From: Dicyema japonicum
Taxonomy: Eukaryota; Animalia; Dicyemida
Direction: 5' to 3'
DNA: 64,000 bases
Assembly (NCBI GenBank): GCA_011109175.1
Contig: RDEW01000010.1
Location: 1,144,796-1,208,795 of the forward strand
A program made the translations under genes and the position numbers. Below the pieces are notes generated by a model. The model had not been told where the DNA came from, did not search any database, and worked only from the letters and a program-made list of their open reading frames with translations. Of this stretch, positions 36,101-47,926 are shown one piece after another; positions within the stretch are counted from its first letter, which is position 1; each line of letters opens with the position of its first letter.

Positions 36101-39100
36101 ATGGTGGGCGATTATTTACATAAATTAGATTTCGAACGAAAACCAAATGAAGAGAAAAATGATTTGCCGTTCTGACCGTGTGAAGGCAATCGACTTCCAC
36201 CCCAAAGAGCCTTGGATTTTAATTGCCGTATACAACGGCCATCTGAACGTGTACAACTACAACGATCAAGTAAGAGCGCTAACTCAATTAGAAATTAATA
36301 AAAACCATCAAAGTCTCAGATTCTCCAATCAGGGCGGCTCGTTTTGTCGCTCGAAAAAGCTGGATAATCACTGGGTCAGACGATACGAAACTACGAGTCT
36401 TCAACTACAACACGTTGGTCCGCGTGACATGCTTTGACGCCCACAGTGACTTTATCCGTGATATCATCATCCATCCATCTCTCCCTTTTGTAATCACAGC
36501 CAGCGGTAGACCATTTCCTAATTTTAGATGACCAGTCAATGAAGCTGTGGAGTTGGGAGAAAGACTGGAAGGAAGTGAGGAAATTCGTTGGGCACAGTCA
36601 TTTTGTTATGAAGCTGGCTTTCAACCCAAAGGACAGCAACCAATTTGCCTCAGGCTCTTTAGACACAACTGTTCAGGTGTTTTGATGGCGATATTAAGAG
36701 GTATGGAATTTGGACAACGAGAGATCTAATTTTGCGCTGAGGGGACATGTGGGTGGTGTTAACTGTGTGCAGTACAGCTATTCTAGGGATTTGCCGTACT
36801 TGGCCTCTGCTTCGGATGACTGTGACGTCATAATATGGGACTATCAGGTTTTTTGCATTTACAATATTTTTATTAACCTTTTTTGAATTTATATTTTATT
36901 CATCATTTAAAATAATTTTATTATTATTGTTAAAATCTTAATTTTCATTAGACGAGAACTTCCATTAAAAAATTTACAGGACATTCTGGAAAGGTTTCCG
37001 CGGTTGAGTTTCACTCAAATCTTCTTAGCATTTTTTCTACCTCAGAACAAGGTTCAGTCGTTTATCGAAATCTTAGGTGACCTTAAGATATGGGGCTTAA
37101 CTGGGAGTCAAGATTATGTCAACGTTAATTTGTCCTTTGACCGCGCTTGGTGCATCTCAAGCCACTCGACGGACAATTTGATTGCCGTTGGTTACGACAA
37201 TGGAACCGTAGTTTTTCAGGTTGTGCATAATTTTATGTTTACAGTTCAACAAAGAAGAGCCCGCTTTACTGTAGACTCTAACGGAAAGATCTACATGCTG
37301 AATAAGAACACTATTCAGAGCTTCAATCCTAAACAGTTAACTGAGCATCGTTGGGAGGACGCAGAGCGTTTTGTAGCGCCATTTAAAGAAGTCGGAACAG
37401 TCGACTTTAATCCGTCAGCCATAATTCACAGCCCAAATGGACGGTTCTGTTGTCTTGATATTGTAGATTCATTGCCGTTCTGAGCGTCGATTCATTCGTG
37501 GTTTACTCCTCCATGGGATTCCGCAGTAAATGCTTCGGCAAGGGAATGATGGAGGAGCAGTTCGCCTGGAGTTCCGACTCGGCTTTCTTTGCCGTGTCCA
37601 AATCCTCAGTGGGTATTGAGATTTACCGCAATTTTGAAAAACAGCGCGAACCCATGAAGCCTCAGTTCGGCGTTGAAGGTTGTATAAACATTGATTTCCG
37701 TAGCGATCTTTGGCGGGCCATTGCTTGGGGTGAAGTGCATCAACGGACTCGCTTTTTACGACTGGCAAGCCAGGACTTTAATACGGCTGGTTGACACTTC
37801 GATAAAATCGGTTTTAACACACTTTTATGTTAGCTTTATTGGAACACTTCTTGCGATTCCGTTGCCCTCAACGCCCAGGATGCCGTTCACTTGCTCGCAT
37901 ATACTCCTTCCGCAGAAAGTGATGCCTTCAAAGTATTCGTTTTTCCTTTAAGCTGGTCGTGGGTCAATCGACGTCGAAACGTCTAAGATTCTGTGGTATA
38001 AGGATGCTTTGATCTTTGTCAACTCCTCTGATAAGCTGATGTACTTCCTGGGCGGCGAGTGCTTTGATATTGCTACATTTGAGCGGTTGACTGATTATTT
38101 ATTTCAGTGGAGTGTATCTTGTCTCATACATGCCTGAGATCGATAGAGTCTTCCTATGTGATAAAAATGGTGGGCTGGTCTCTTATACTTTGCCCTCCAC
38201 CATGATTGACTATAAAATGGCCGTCTTGGCTAAGGATTTTGTACTGGCAGATCAGCTCGCCCCTACCCTACCACGTGTTATGCTCACGGATATAGCAAGA
38301 TTCCTAGAAAAACAGGTAATTTGGTATCCGAGGGTTCTTAGGGCTTTTTAGACCAGGCAGTACTGATAACAAATGACAGTGACCACAAGTTTGAGTTGTC
38401 GATTCAGATTGGGGACATTGAGACCGCTTGTACCCTCGCTAATGAGACGATGGTCTCTTTTTGGCTTATTTGTTTAGGATGAGGAGAAATTAAAACAGGT
38501 TGCCGATCTGGCTTTAACGAATGGTGATTATGAGACAGCTAAGCGATGTCTGATGTCGTGTAACGACTATGCCAGCTTGTTGCTAATGGCTACGTCCAAA
38601 TGTGACAAGGAGCTTGTCGATTACGTCATCGATGGGGCTAATGAGTCAAACTTACAGAACATCGCATTCTTGGCGTCTTTCTCTTCTGGGAAGTAATTAT
38701 AGCGTTGAATTTTAGCCTTGAGCGTTCTTTGAACTTCTTATGGCCGCTAAAAAATTTCCAGAGGCTGCTTTGTTTGCAAGGACTTACCTGCCAAGCCACA
38801 TCAGCAGGTTTGTAACATTTTATTAATTTATTATTATACTAATTTTTATGATATTTTATTTATAATTATAAAATTTTCGATTTATCTTTTCAGAGTTGTC
38901 AAATGTTGGAGAGAACAGTCGACTGTCACTTTCCCGTTCTTGGAACAGCTTCTGGCTGATCCCCAGGAACGGCCATCTATGTTTCCTGAGCTTGCCGAGA
39001 CGAGTAAAGCTGAGATATTTGAGAAAAGCAGAAGAAGCAAGCCAGTTCTAGCCTCTTCGTATCCTTCATTGCCAGTATTTATGATTTTGTGACTGCAGGC

Positions 39101-39281
39101 TAATATTGAGCGAGATATTTTGGATGAGTTGGCCACTGCTCTTGAAAATGGGGACTTTGTATTTGAGGATGATGCAGACGACCAGAATACCGCATCGGTT
39201 GGAAAAACTGATGAGGTATTTCGTATTTTCTTAGATTAGAACGAGAATCATACCTTTACGACTTATTCGCTGGCTGATTAG
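36101..39281 (+). CDS. COPB2: coatomer subunit beta-prime
   Basis: ATG-only first exon, then RSDRVKAIDFHPKEPW, WD40 repeats (AHSDFIR, GHSHFVM, NPKDSNQFASGSLD), HSPNGRF and EAALFARTYLPS. Tiny introns plus A/T introns at 36848-36951 and 38808-38893. Confidence 0.97.
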
Positions 39282-40524
39282 TTTTGATTTCTTTGATACA
39301 ACTAATTTTATTTTAAGTTTTTTTTTTAAATTAATTTATTGTATTTAGTTATAGTCGTTTATTTCAGCCGAATAATTGTTCACTTAGTGGCGTCTTATGA
39401 TCCACCTGTCTCGATTGAGGCCCAGTAGTAGAATGATATGAGAAATTACCATTGGAGGGGTTCCCACAGCTGCAAGGACTGGATGTGGCAGTTAGCTCTG
39501 GATGTACTTGCATGTGATATTGGATTCACCTGTTTTTGACGATAATTGTCGTTTTTTAGAGGAAAGTTAAAGTCTCTGAACTTATCATCCTGTTGTCGCA
39601 AAAGCAACACCAGGTTATTAGTTGAGACTACAAAAGACTAAGCACGTGATCAAATCAATTCTAAATGAGGCTGAAATTGAAACAGAACACGTCGAGAATT
39701 CTTGGTATTTATTTTATTTGGCCTTCTTCGGTGTTTAAATGTTTATGTTTATTTTCGTATCGCTTTGTATAACTGTTTCCCGGAAATTTTCCATTCAACG
39801 TTAAAATAATTTTTTGTTTAAAAAAATCAAAAATGGTCCCCGCTTACGTAATCAACGATGCGTTTCTTCTCATGAATGCAACAGAGATCAACTAAATTAG
39901 CCACTAATTTTCACGTGCATTGTGGCTTTTGCATGTAGCCAGACTTTCCAGGTTATTGAGGAATTAATTCGATTTCTTGTTTATTCTCTCTCAGTTGTCT
40001 CAACTAAGATGGAGCAGAATGTGAACCGGTTAAACAAAACTTCTTATTTGTTTCCTTGGTCTTCATAGCTTTTTCCGCAGCATACAGCGTGTCTACCCTG
40101 TTCTCGACAATGTTGGATGAAAAGGGGCTCGATGCCATTGGCATCTCATACCAATGGCTTCCCCGATTAATTTAATTTTTTAAATTCTTATAGTAAACCC
40201 CAAATCTTTTTCTATAAATTTCTGACATATTTTTCAAGCATGTGCAGCTTCTTGTTGAGATCCTTCAAGTTTTTTTCAATTTTTGGCGATTGATTTGAAC
40301 CCAGATCCGAGAGTTCATCCTTTGTCAAGAACTTTTAATTTCCTTATCTCCCGACTCCGTACTTCGTTCATTCTCTCAAGAAAAAGGCCGAGAAGCTTTC
40401 ATTCATAAAGAAACTAAGTAGACATTTAGTGCTATAGGAGTATATCACTATTTTTCGCTTACAACCAATTAACATTGCTAACTCACAATTTTTATGTAAC
40501 GGGAATTAATTATATATTCAAAAT

Positions 40525-40715
40525 CAGCCGGGTGGCATAGTGGTTAGGTGTCGTGAAAAAGTGGCTTAGGTTTGATTCTCGCTGCTGTTCACCTGGTGGA
40601 AGGTTCCACGCATCTACGACGCTAAAAGGGCTTGACGAGTGACGCCGTCATCAGTGGATACTCACTGCGGAACTGGATAGTCAAGAAAGGACCCACACAC
40701 AAGAAAAAAAAGTGA
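40525..40715 (+). mobile_element. SINE family B, full length
   Basis: A box TGGCATAGTGG, B box GGTTTGATTCTC, shared core and A-rich tail. Confidence 0.7.
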
Positions 40716-41009
40716 AGATCATTCCTTGGTTCTACGATTAGTTAAAATTAACTGTTCTTTACTTAAATAAAGTGTGTGTCCTGCCTATGTGGAGCTATAA
40801 ATATTATGCTCTCGTGAAAAGGCTGTTATTATTATTCAAAATCAGATCAGCTTTTCCGCTGAGGATAGTAATGTTTCCATAACATAAACAACCGCTTAAG
40901 CAGAACACAAGCTGATAACACTGAATTGTCTATATATCTGTCTTTCACAAAATGTTTGATGCTGTAAAATACAGCACATAAAGGTATATCCTGAGATTTG
41001 AAGTTCATT

Positions 41010-41500
41010 TTATTTTAATAAGCACATGGAAGCGACGGAAATAACAAGATAAAATGACCATCTTTCCATTCCCAGGTTAGAAGAACTTCTTAGCCTGATA
41101 CAGGCACTTTCACTTCACCCAAATTTCCCCAACATCCTAAAATTGAAAAGCCACCCCCTAGCGTACAGAATGTAGAACCCCCACAATAAAACAACACATA
41201 CATTTTCAACAAGGACGAGCAAAATAATTATAAACATCAATAAAGAAGCTTGTCTTGATTGTCCTAATAGATTTGAACAGTACATCCCTCTGTACACTCG
41301 TCAACGAATCAGCCACTTCTCCAACCCTTCTCATAATAGTACGCCTTTTGTCCTCATATTCCTCAAAACTAACATTGGTCGTCAAATCAGTTAAAAGTCT
41401 CAAGGTCAGCTCCCCCAGTCCACTAACCAACAAAAAACCTAGAAGCTGAGGAATGGTCGCCACCAGCGTATTACTACATAGATATACGAAAAATACATTT
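41010..41500 (-). CDS. small uncharacterised membrane protein
   Basis: ORFs 41206-41463 and 41115-41297 can be joined by short GT-AG introns into a protein with hydrophobic segments (LLMFIIILLVLVENVCVVLLWGFYILY; WSFYLVISVASMCLL); start unresolved. Confidence 0.4.
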
Positions 41501-41775
41501 TATCAGCCAATTTTTCAGCATACAAAAAACCAAACAATGATGACGTCATTGATGACGTAATAACATCACAAATCATCTCCAAAATTTCCGTATTTACTTT
41601 TTCAGGTAAAATCTCCTAGAAAATAACACGTGACTGGAAAAACGTAAATTGAAGAGCATCTGTCAAAGGTGGCGAATCTCCTTATAACTTTGCTCGTGAT
41701 TCTACTCGCATAGGCGTCCCGAAACAAATCCAGACGGTTCAACCCTCTTAGAAACTACAAAAGATAAGCACATAG

Positions 41776-44200
41776 TCAAACCAATTCTAAGTGAGACTGT
41801 GAGACCGGCTCTTCCGTTGAAACGATTCTACCGACAATCAGAGATAGCAGACATCGTCGACCCGACTTCTGGTATATCAACAGGGACACGTGGCCAACAA
41901 GACAGGCACATAGATCTTTGGCTTTGGGGATCAGTTTGATCGTCTGATCTCCCAGACAGTCTTCCAGTGACTTAAAGTAGGAAAGAAATCGGTCCTTCGA
42001 TCGTTTCCAGGAATGCGCACTCATCAGAGGAACACCCACGTGAGTTATCAGGTCGATATAGAAATCACAGCATAGTTGGGCTTTCTCAACTTGAACCCAC
42101 GTGTGGAAATTTAAAATCGGGATCCAGGCGAATCTGGCGTTTTTCAAATAAAAACCTCCCAATTTTGTTAGAAAGCTCCAAATCTCCGTGAAATATCAAA
42201 ACTGATATGGAGAGAGCGCACGTGTCCATGTCATCCAAATCCAGGGAGATATTTTTCTCACCAATAATGTATGAGAGGATGTGAGCGACCACGAGGCTAA
42301 GTTAAACACAAATCAGACATATTTGACCGTGCGGCAATTATTCTTGTAAAAATCTTGTTGGCTTCATCAAAAAATAGTAGAATAAAGTCAGCAATTCGGC
42401 GGATGAAACATCTTACAGGTTCATCCCCCAAATCTTCAGATCTCATATTATCAGACATTAAGTAATCAACAAACACATCACAAAGAGTCTTCAAGGCACG
42501 AAGCTTCTGCGAATTCAGTCCATCATCGTTACTTCTAATTATCAAATAATTTAATAATTAAAAAATAAATTGTAAAATAAATTAAAAATAATAAAATTAA
42601 AAAGATAACTCAAAAAAAATAAAAACGAAAGGCTATTAGCATGTTTTATTGTGTTTGTTATTGCCGAGACAACTAAAGACATAAGCGGGAAACCTCTGTC
42701 TCTAGAAACCTGTACGTCTTACTACACTTAGAAAGCTAATGGCTACACCAGTTGATCCCCTTTGTTCTCGTGATAGGCAACGCTGCATTATGTAGGCGGT
42801 GATCAACAGTTACCATTATATTAATAATTTGATATAAAATACACATTTTTAAGAGTAGCTCTGAGCAAAGCTTATAGATGACATAACGTTGATGCAACGA
42901 AAGACAGTTCAAACGGTAGCAAGCCAAATTGCCTAAATGATCACACAGACAACCGAAATATTCAGTAATGGGAACTCTCCTATCAGCTATGCTCATCATA
43001 AACTCACAATGGCTCTTTACCACAGTAAACCAAGTATCCACGTCCACAGCCAAGCTACAAATCAACCACTAGGGAACCTCCATAATTTCCCTAGCAAGGA
43101 GGGCCAGTCCACGCGCTCACATTGTGAGGACCGCTCAATCTGGTCAACTTCAATCTTATGGTAGAGCCTCAGCAATCCAAGGCAGTGTTTGACATCAGCA
43201 CGTGCTACTATAGCCAGTAATTGCTGAATCGGCACAAAGATTACCTTTTGGCAATCAAATTTGATGCAAATATCAGCGAAATTTTCGATTCCCTTCTCAG
43301 TCAAGACGAGGACCTTTTTAGCGGGAAATTTCGTCAGAAATCTTCAATAATAAATTAATAGACCGTCCTTTGAGTCGATTCCATGTGAGGGAATCTTGGG
43401 AATCGGATTTCCGGTACTCAGAGACCAAATTCAGGTACAAGTCAAGAGAGGAAGTCGAATCAATGACGGAGGAGTAATTTTTGTCCTAATTTTAGAAAAA
43501 AAGACACACAATATTGGCAGCAAAGTAGTCCGTGAGCAAAAACACGGATTCAGCGGAAGATTCTCCCGTTTTCTGGAAGATCCGGACCAGGGACTTTATC
43601 AGGATATTGAGATGCTGTCGTTGATAGGCCTGAGCTGATAATGCACATTGGTTCAACCATTTCCATCCGTTGGCACAGTTTGCCGGTTAAAGTGGAAAGC
43701 AGTACGCTCACGGAAGACTAGATTTCACTGAAACCAAAAAACTTTAAATGAAAGTCGAGGAAGACAACGGGAAATGAACAGAACAACGGAATGCTCACAA
43801 TCCTTGGGGAAATCATCTGAAACAAATCAGGGACCGATAACCTTGGTTACTCAGTAATTCATGCAACGTGACCTTGACAGAGTCCCACAGATCGAAGAAA
43901 ATAAAGGAAAACGCCGACTTTAAAAGGTTAAGACCTTCCAAGGAATCTATGTGACAGCAACATGGTTGAATATCTTCACGAAATGCCTGAATGAGACAAT
44001 TTTGTATAATTTTCCTGATTGTTTGTTCAATAAGAGGGCTGTTGTGTTCAGAATCTTCCTTTTCAAGGACTCGTTTGTAGTGGATGATGAAGCAGAGCAG
44101 AGATAGTAAACAAAACCAAATAAATTGCAATGATATAGTGTGATTTTTCTGCAAATTCACAGATATTTACTTTAATTTGGGCCTCTAATAATAAAATTTG
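41776..44200 (-). CDS. large uncharacterised multi-exon helical protein
   Basis: Six consecutive minus-strand ORFs (43813-44160 through 41776-42162) with Leu/Ile-rich helical composition, separated by short gaps and one A/T GT-AG intron (~42536-42626); no family recognised. Confidence 0.55.
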
Positions 44201-45204
44201 CTTGATGAATTTGATTTTCTCAATGGAAGTCACTTTACTGCTGAAAAACTACTTTAAAAATTTACCTTAAAATTACATAGTCGTACACATAGCAACAAAA
44301 ATTTCGCCAAATTTTCCCGCTCAATTTGAATTTCTAAAAATAAAAAAATTATTAAACCGGAATTTGTAAAATATTTAATATTACTGATGAATTTTCTATT
44401 TTTAAAATATTAATAAACTTTAAAATTAAAATTACTTTAATAATAGATTTGTCCTCGAAGGGGGAATAAAAAACATGTTTAAAAAATTTGTGCGATTTGT
44501 GGTTGTTGTGAAAGTTCATCAGAGAAATAGCTTTTCTCCTATTTCGTAGAGAAAATGATTTTTACCCGCAAATTATGTCCTTTAGATGAATGTTGGTGAC
44601 ATTGCAGCTAAAATGTAATACCTCCCAGTCTAAATGTTAATTATTGATTCTTTAACCGATTTGGGACTCAGTTGTTGAGGATTTCCTGTTGTGGAAAGAG
44701 CGTATGATTGGAGAGGTTGACCCAAACAATGACTCGCTCATTAAGGTCAACAAAAATTATTTTAAATTAAAACTTATAATTTATATTTTTTAAATTTGAA
44801 TAAATAAATTAATTTTAAATTATATTAATTATTTTGTTATGTAGGGAGGTCGAGAACCACATACTAACCACAGTCATCTCACATGTGAAATCATCAGAAC
44901 AACGTACCTATCGAAAGTGTATTAAATCTAGAGAGAAACACCGAGAAAAAATGATGGTGCTTATAATAGAAACTAGGATCACTTGGCTTTTATATAATAA
45001 ATAATTTTCTAGTGATTTTTTGGCTTAGATTCCCAATTAGCTATTAACTCAGTGTTCCGACTCTTGTGTAAAACAAATCTCTTTGCTTGCCCGGACCACA
45101 GAAACCTGACCTGGAAGTAAAAGATCTAGGAACGACCTGTAATAGCGGCACTCTTCCTACACGTGAGTGAAGCTGGAAGTAACAATTTAATTTATTTTAT
45201 AGCC

Positions 45205-46658
45205 ATGGATACCCAAATTATCATAAACACTAATGAAGTCGATAAAGACTCTGAAAAAGCTCCGAATATAGGCGAAGCTACAGATAATATTTCAAAACGG
45301 GAATCCCTGGTCGTAAAGGAGCACTACTCCGAGCCAAAAACCGTGGTGAGCACAGGCGTACAAACAGGAACCGAAACGATTACAACTAGTAAGAGGAAGT
45401 CGAGTAAGAGGAGGTCAAATTTAAAATTTAGAAAACCTCAAAAAAACTCCACGTGACGTTGGTGTTTGCTCACTTACATTTAGGCAATTCTCATCGAAGG
45501 AGAGGTATTCGGGTACCACAAGAATTTGCCGATACCCGCCGGATATCGACTTGATGACACATACGGGATTTCCATCTTTAAAGAAGACACTTTTGTTGGC
45601 TGAAGTTAAATTACACAGATTTCTGACGAGGACGGTTACTTCACGAGATACGTGGACAACACGAAAATCCAGGAAACCAGGGCTATTGAAAGTTTGTGTG
45701 ATTTCCTACTAGATAAACAACTAAACTTCATTCAGAAAACAACATCCCCCTAAAAATTGAACAAGTCCAACGGGCTTTCGGGAAATTCCGAGAAAGTCGT
45801 CATTTTAGACATTTAGATGCTCTTTACTGCCCTTATTGCGCCTTAAAATTGCCCCCGGATCCCTCCCTATTGGACATTATGACAAAGTCACAGGAAGAGC
45901 TGTTCTGCTGTTTAAACTACAACAAAAACTTTTTGCTCTTCGTCGACAAATTCAAGGATGTTGAGTTCACTCCTTGTAAGCCAACCGTTGAGAAGCCAAT
46001 AATCCCCAAAACCCTATCGGTTCTTACGGTTTGATGAGTCATCGCAGAATGCATCAGTTTTAGTCTTTCGTCCACTGGGAAGGCGAAAAATCAGTTTTTG
46101 AAGCATCTGAAGGGATTTTTCATTTTTTACGTTAGACTGATAATTTCGAAACCTGCTTGACTATGTATTACTCAACGGGGGAGAAAATGAGGGAGTCATT
46201 TTCGGAGTTGAATTATTCCATTTTGTTGGGGGCATTTTACTTATTCAAGCTACAAGTCGGGGCGAATTGCGATCGTCTCCACCGAGCATAGTAAAGTCGT
46301 AGTCTCCGAGATATTTGACGACGATAGCAAGAATTCTCTAATCGGAGTCTATAATTCGACTTCTGGGCTCTTCATAAATGACTTTGAGAACTCCCTTTCG
46401 TCCATGAAGTTCTCTAACACTAAATGTAGACTACTAATCAACGGCCACGGCGGAATTCAAAGATTTGATAACAGGAAGTTGCTGAAATGGTCGTGGCATA
46501 GTCATGAAGCTTATGGCCACGTGCATGCACCTCCCATTAAGCCTATTACCGCCAGAATAAACCAGAATATGATTTTACATATAAATAACTACAATAATAG
46601 CTATGTTGACGTCTTTCTGAGAACAAGCATTTCAAGGTTGATTTCCCGATTGCACTAA
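45205..46658 (+). CDS. FAM194/ERICH6-like protein
   Basis: C-terminal YYSTG...F-YKSGRIAI...GGIQRFD...KWSW...H.PPIKPI..RINQNMILHI resembles the FAM194 domain from memory; low-complexity N-terminus, LFCC motif and tiny introns. Confidence 0.6.
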
Positions 46659-46899
46659 ATGTTGGTTTGGCTATATTTTAGTCGTCAAATTTGGATGATA
46701 ATAATTTTGATTTAACTTTACGGGACAAAAAATTTTTCCAAAAAGTTGAGAATAAAATTAGGTTTTTTAATATTTTTAATTTCAGAAAAATATTCGAAAT
46801 AATTGGTTAAATTAATTTTTTAGTTTTATTTAAAAAAAATTTAATATAAAGACTTTTCATTGTGGTTAATTCAGTTATATATTTAAAAGGTAGCCTAGT

Positions 46900-47795
46900 G
46901 CTTTGGATGTCATGTCGCTAGCAGCACTCTGTGGCATGATTCCCCTATTGATTATTAGGTCGAAGATTTCTCTTCTTTTCTGATGTCCCTTATCTTCTCT
47001 CGTTCTATTGAATGACGTCATAAGATCCGCCTATCACAGATGGCGCCCTGTACCAGGGTAGCACAAAAAAGGGATCATTCGCTCTTCACTGGAGGGATTC
47101 CCATAACTGCAAGGGCGGGAAGTTTTTTAAATAAACTTTCATATCTCTTCAATGCACATGTGAGAAAAGAATTATGTCTCCCCGTTAATTGCGCAACACT
47201 CCGGAGGATACTATTTTCTCTATCCTTCCCTCGGGGATGCGAATTTTTGGAGGTCGCTAAGTCTTCTAGCTTCATTTTTGTAGTTCTTAGTTTGTCTTCA
47301 AATACAAAGGGAATAAGTATCTGAGTCGTTAGAAAAATGATTGGAGATAATGAGACAACCGAGTACTCCAACATGAATACTTGACTTGCGTGAGCGCTCT
47401 GATGCTTCTAGAAGTTCCGTTCTGCTTAGTGGTGTTCAATTATTAGTTATTGTCACATGATCAATGAATTAAGAAAAAATAATGTCCTTAGTCATTCAGA
47501 CAGACAAGGGGGAGGTCAACACCGGTGGGACAGGCTTTTGAAACACCGAGGAGTCTTATAATATCTCGACGATTTTTGAGGTAGTTGATGAGGACATCGT
47601 ATAGAGGTGCTAGTTAGGTTCGGCATTCTCACAGACTTCTGTTGTCGTTCTAGTAGGAGTGCTTCCAGAACTATGGATTCGAAGTCGGAGCTGATGGGTC
47701 TCTATTAGTTAAATAAATCGGTTGTAGATGACTGTGAAACAAGAGACTTTTTCAAGAGTTTTTGAAATAATATTTATTCTCTCAGACTTTGGCAT
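46900..47795 (-). CDS. uncharacterised gene head-to-head with CCDC39
   Basis: ATG at 47795, spliceable exons and ORF 47075-47374; 131-bp A/T-rich gap to the CCDC39 ATG; 3' end uncertain. Confidence 0.35.
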
Positions 47796-47926
47796 CACGG
47801 TCTATAAATCAACTCAATCAACAAAAGCCTATTTAAAAATTAATTTAAAATATAAATAATTCTTGTGGGAAAAAATATTAATATTTTAATTATTTATTTT
47901 GTTACCAGGCATCCGAAAAATAAAAT

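Noticed and set aside
47900-47926. Spliced-leader trans-splice acceptors upstream of ATGs
   Set aside because: An AG near the start is seen for CCDC39 and MMUT but not DPH2 or COPB2, and at NEK1 and the ERICH6-like gene it is explained by a cis 5' UTR intron; this cannot be decided without transcripts.
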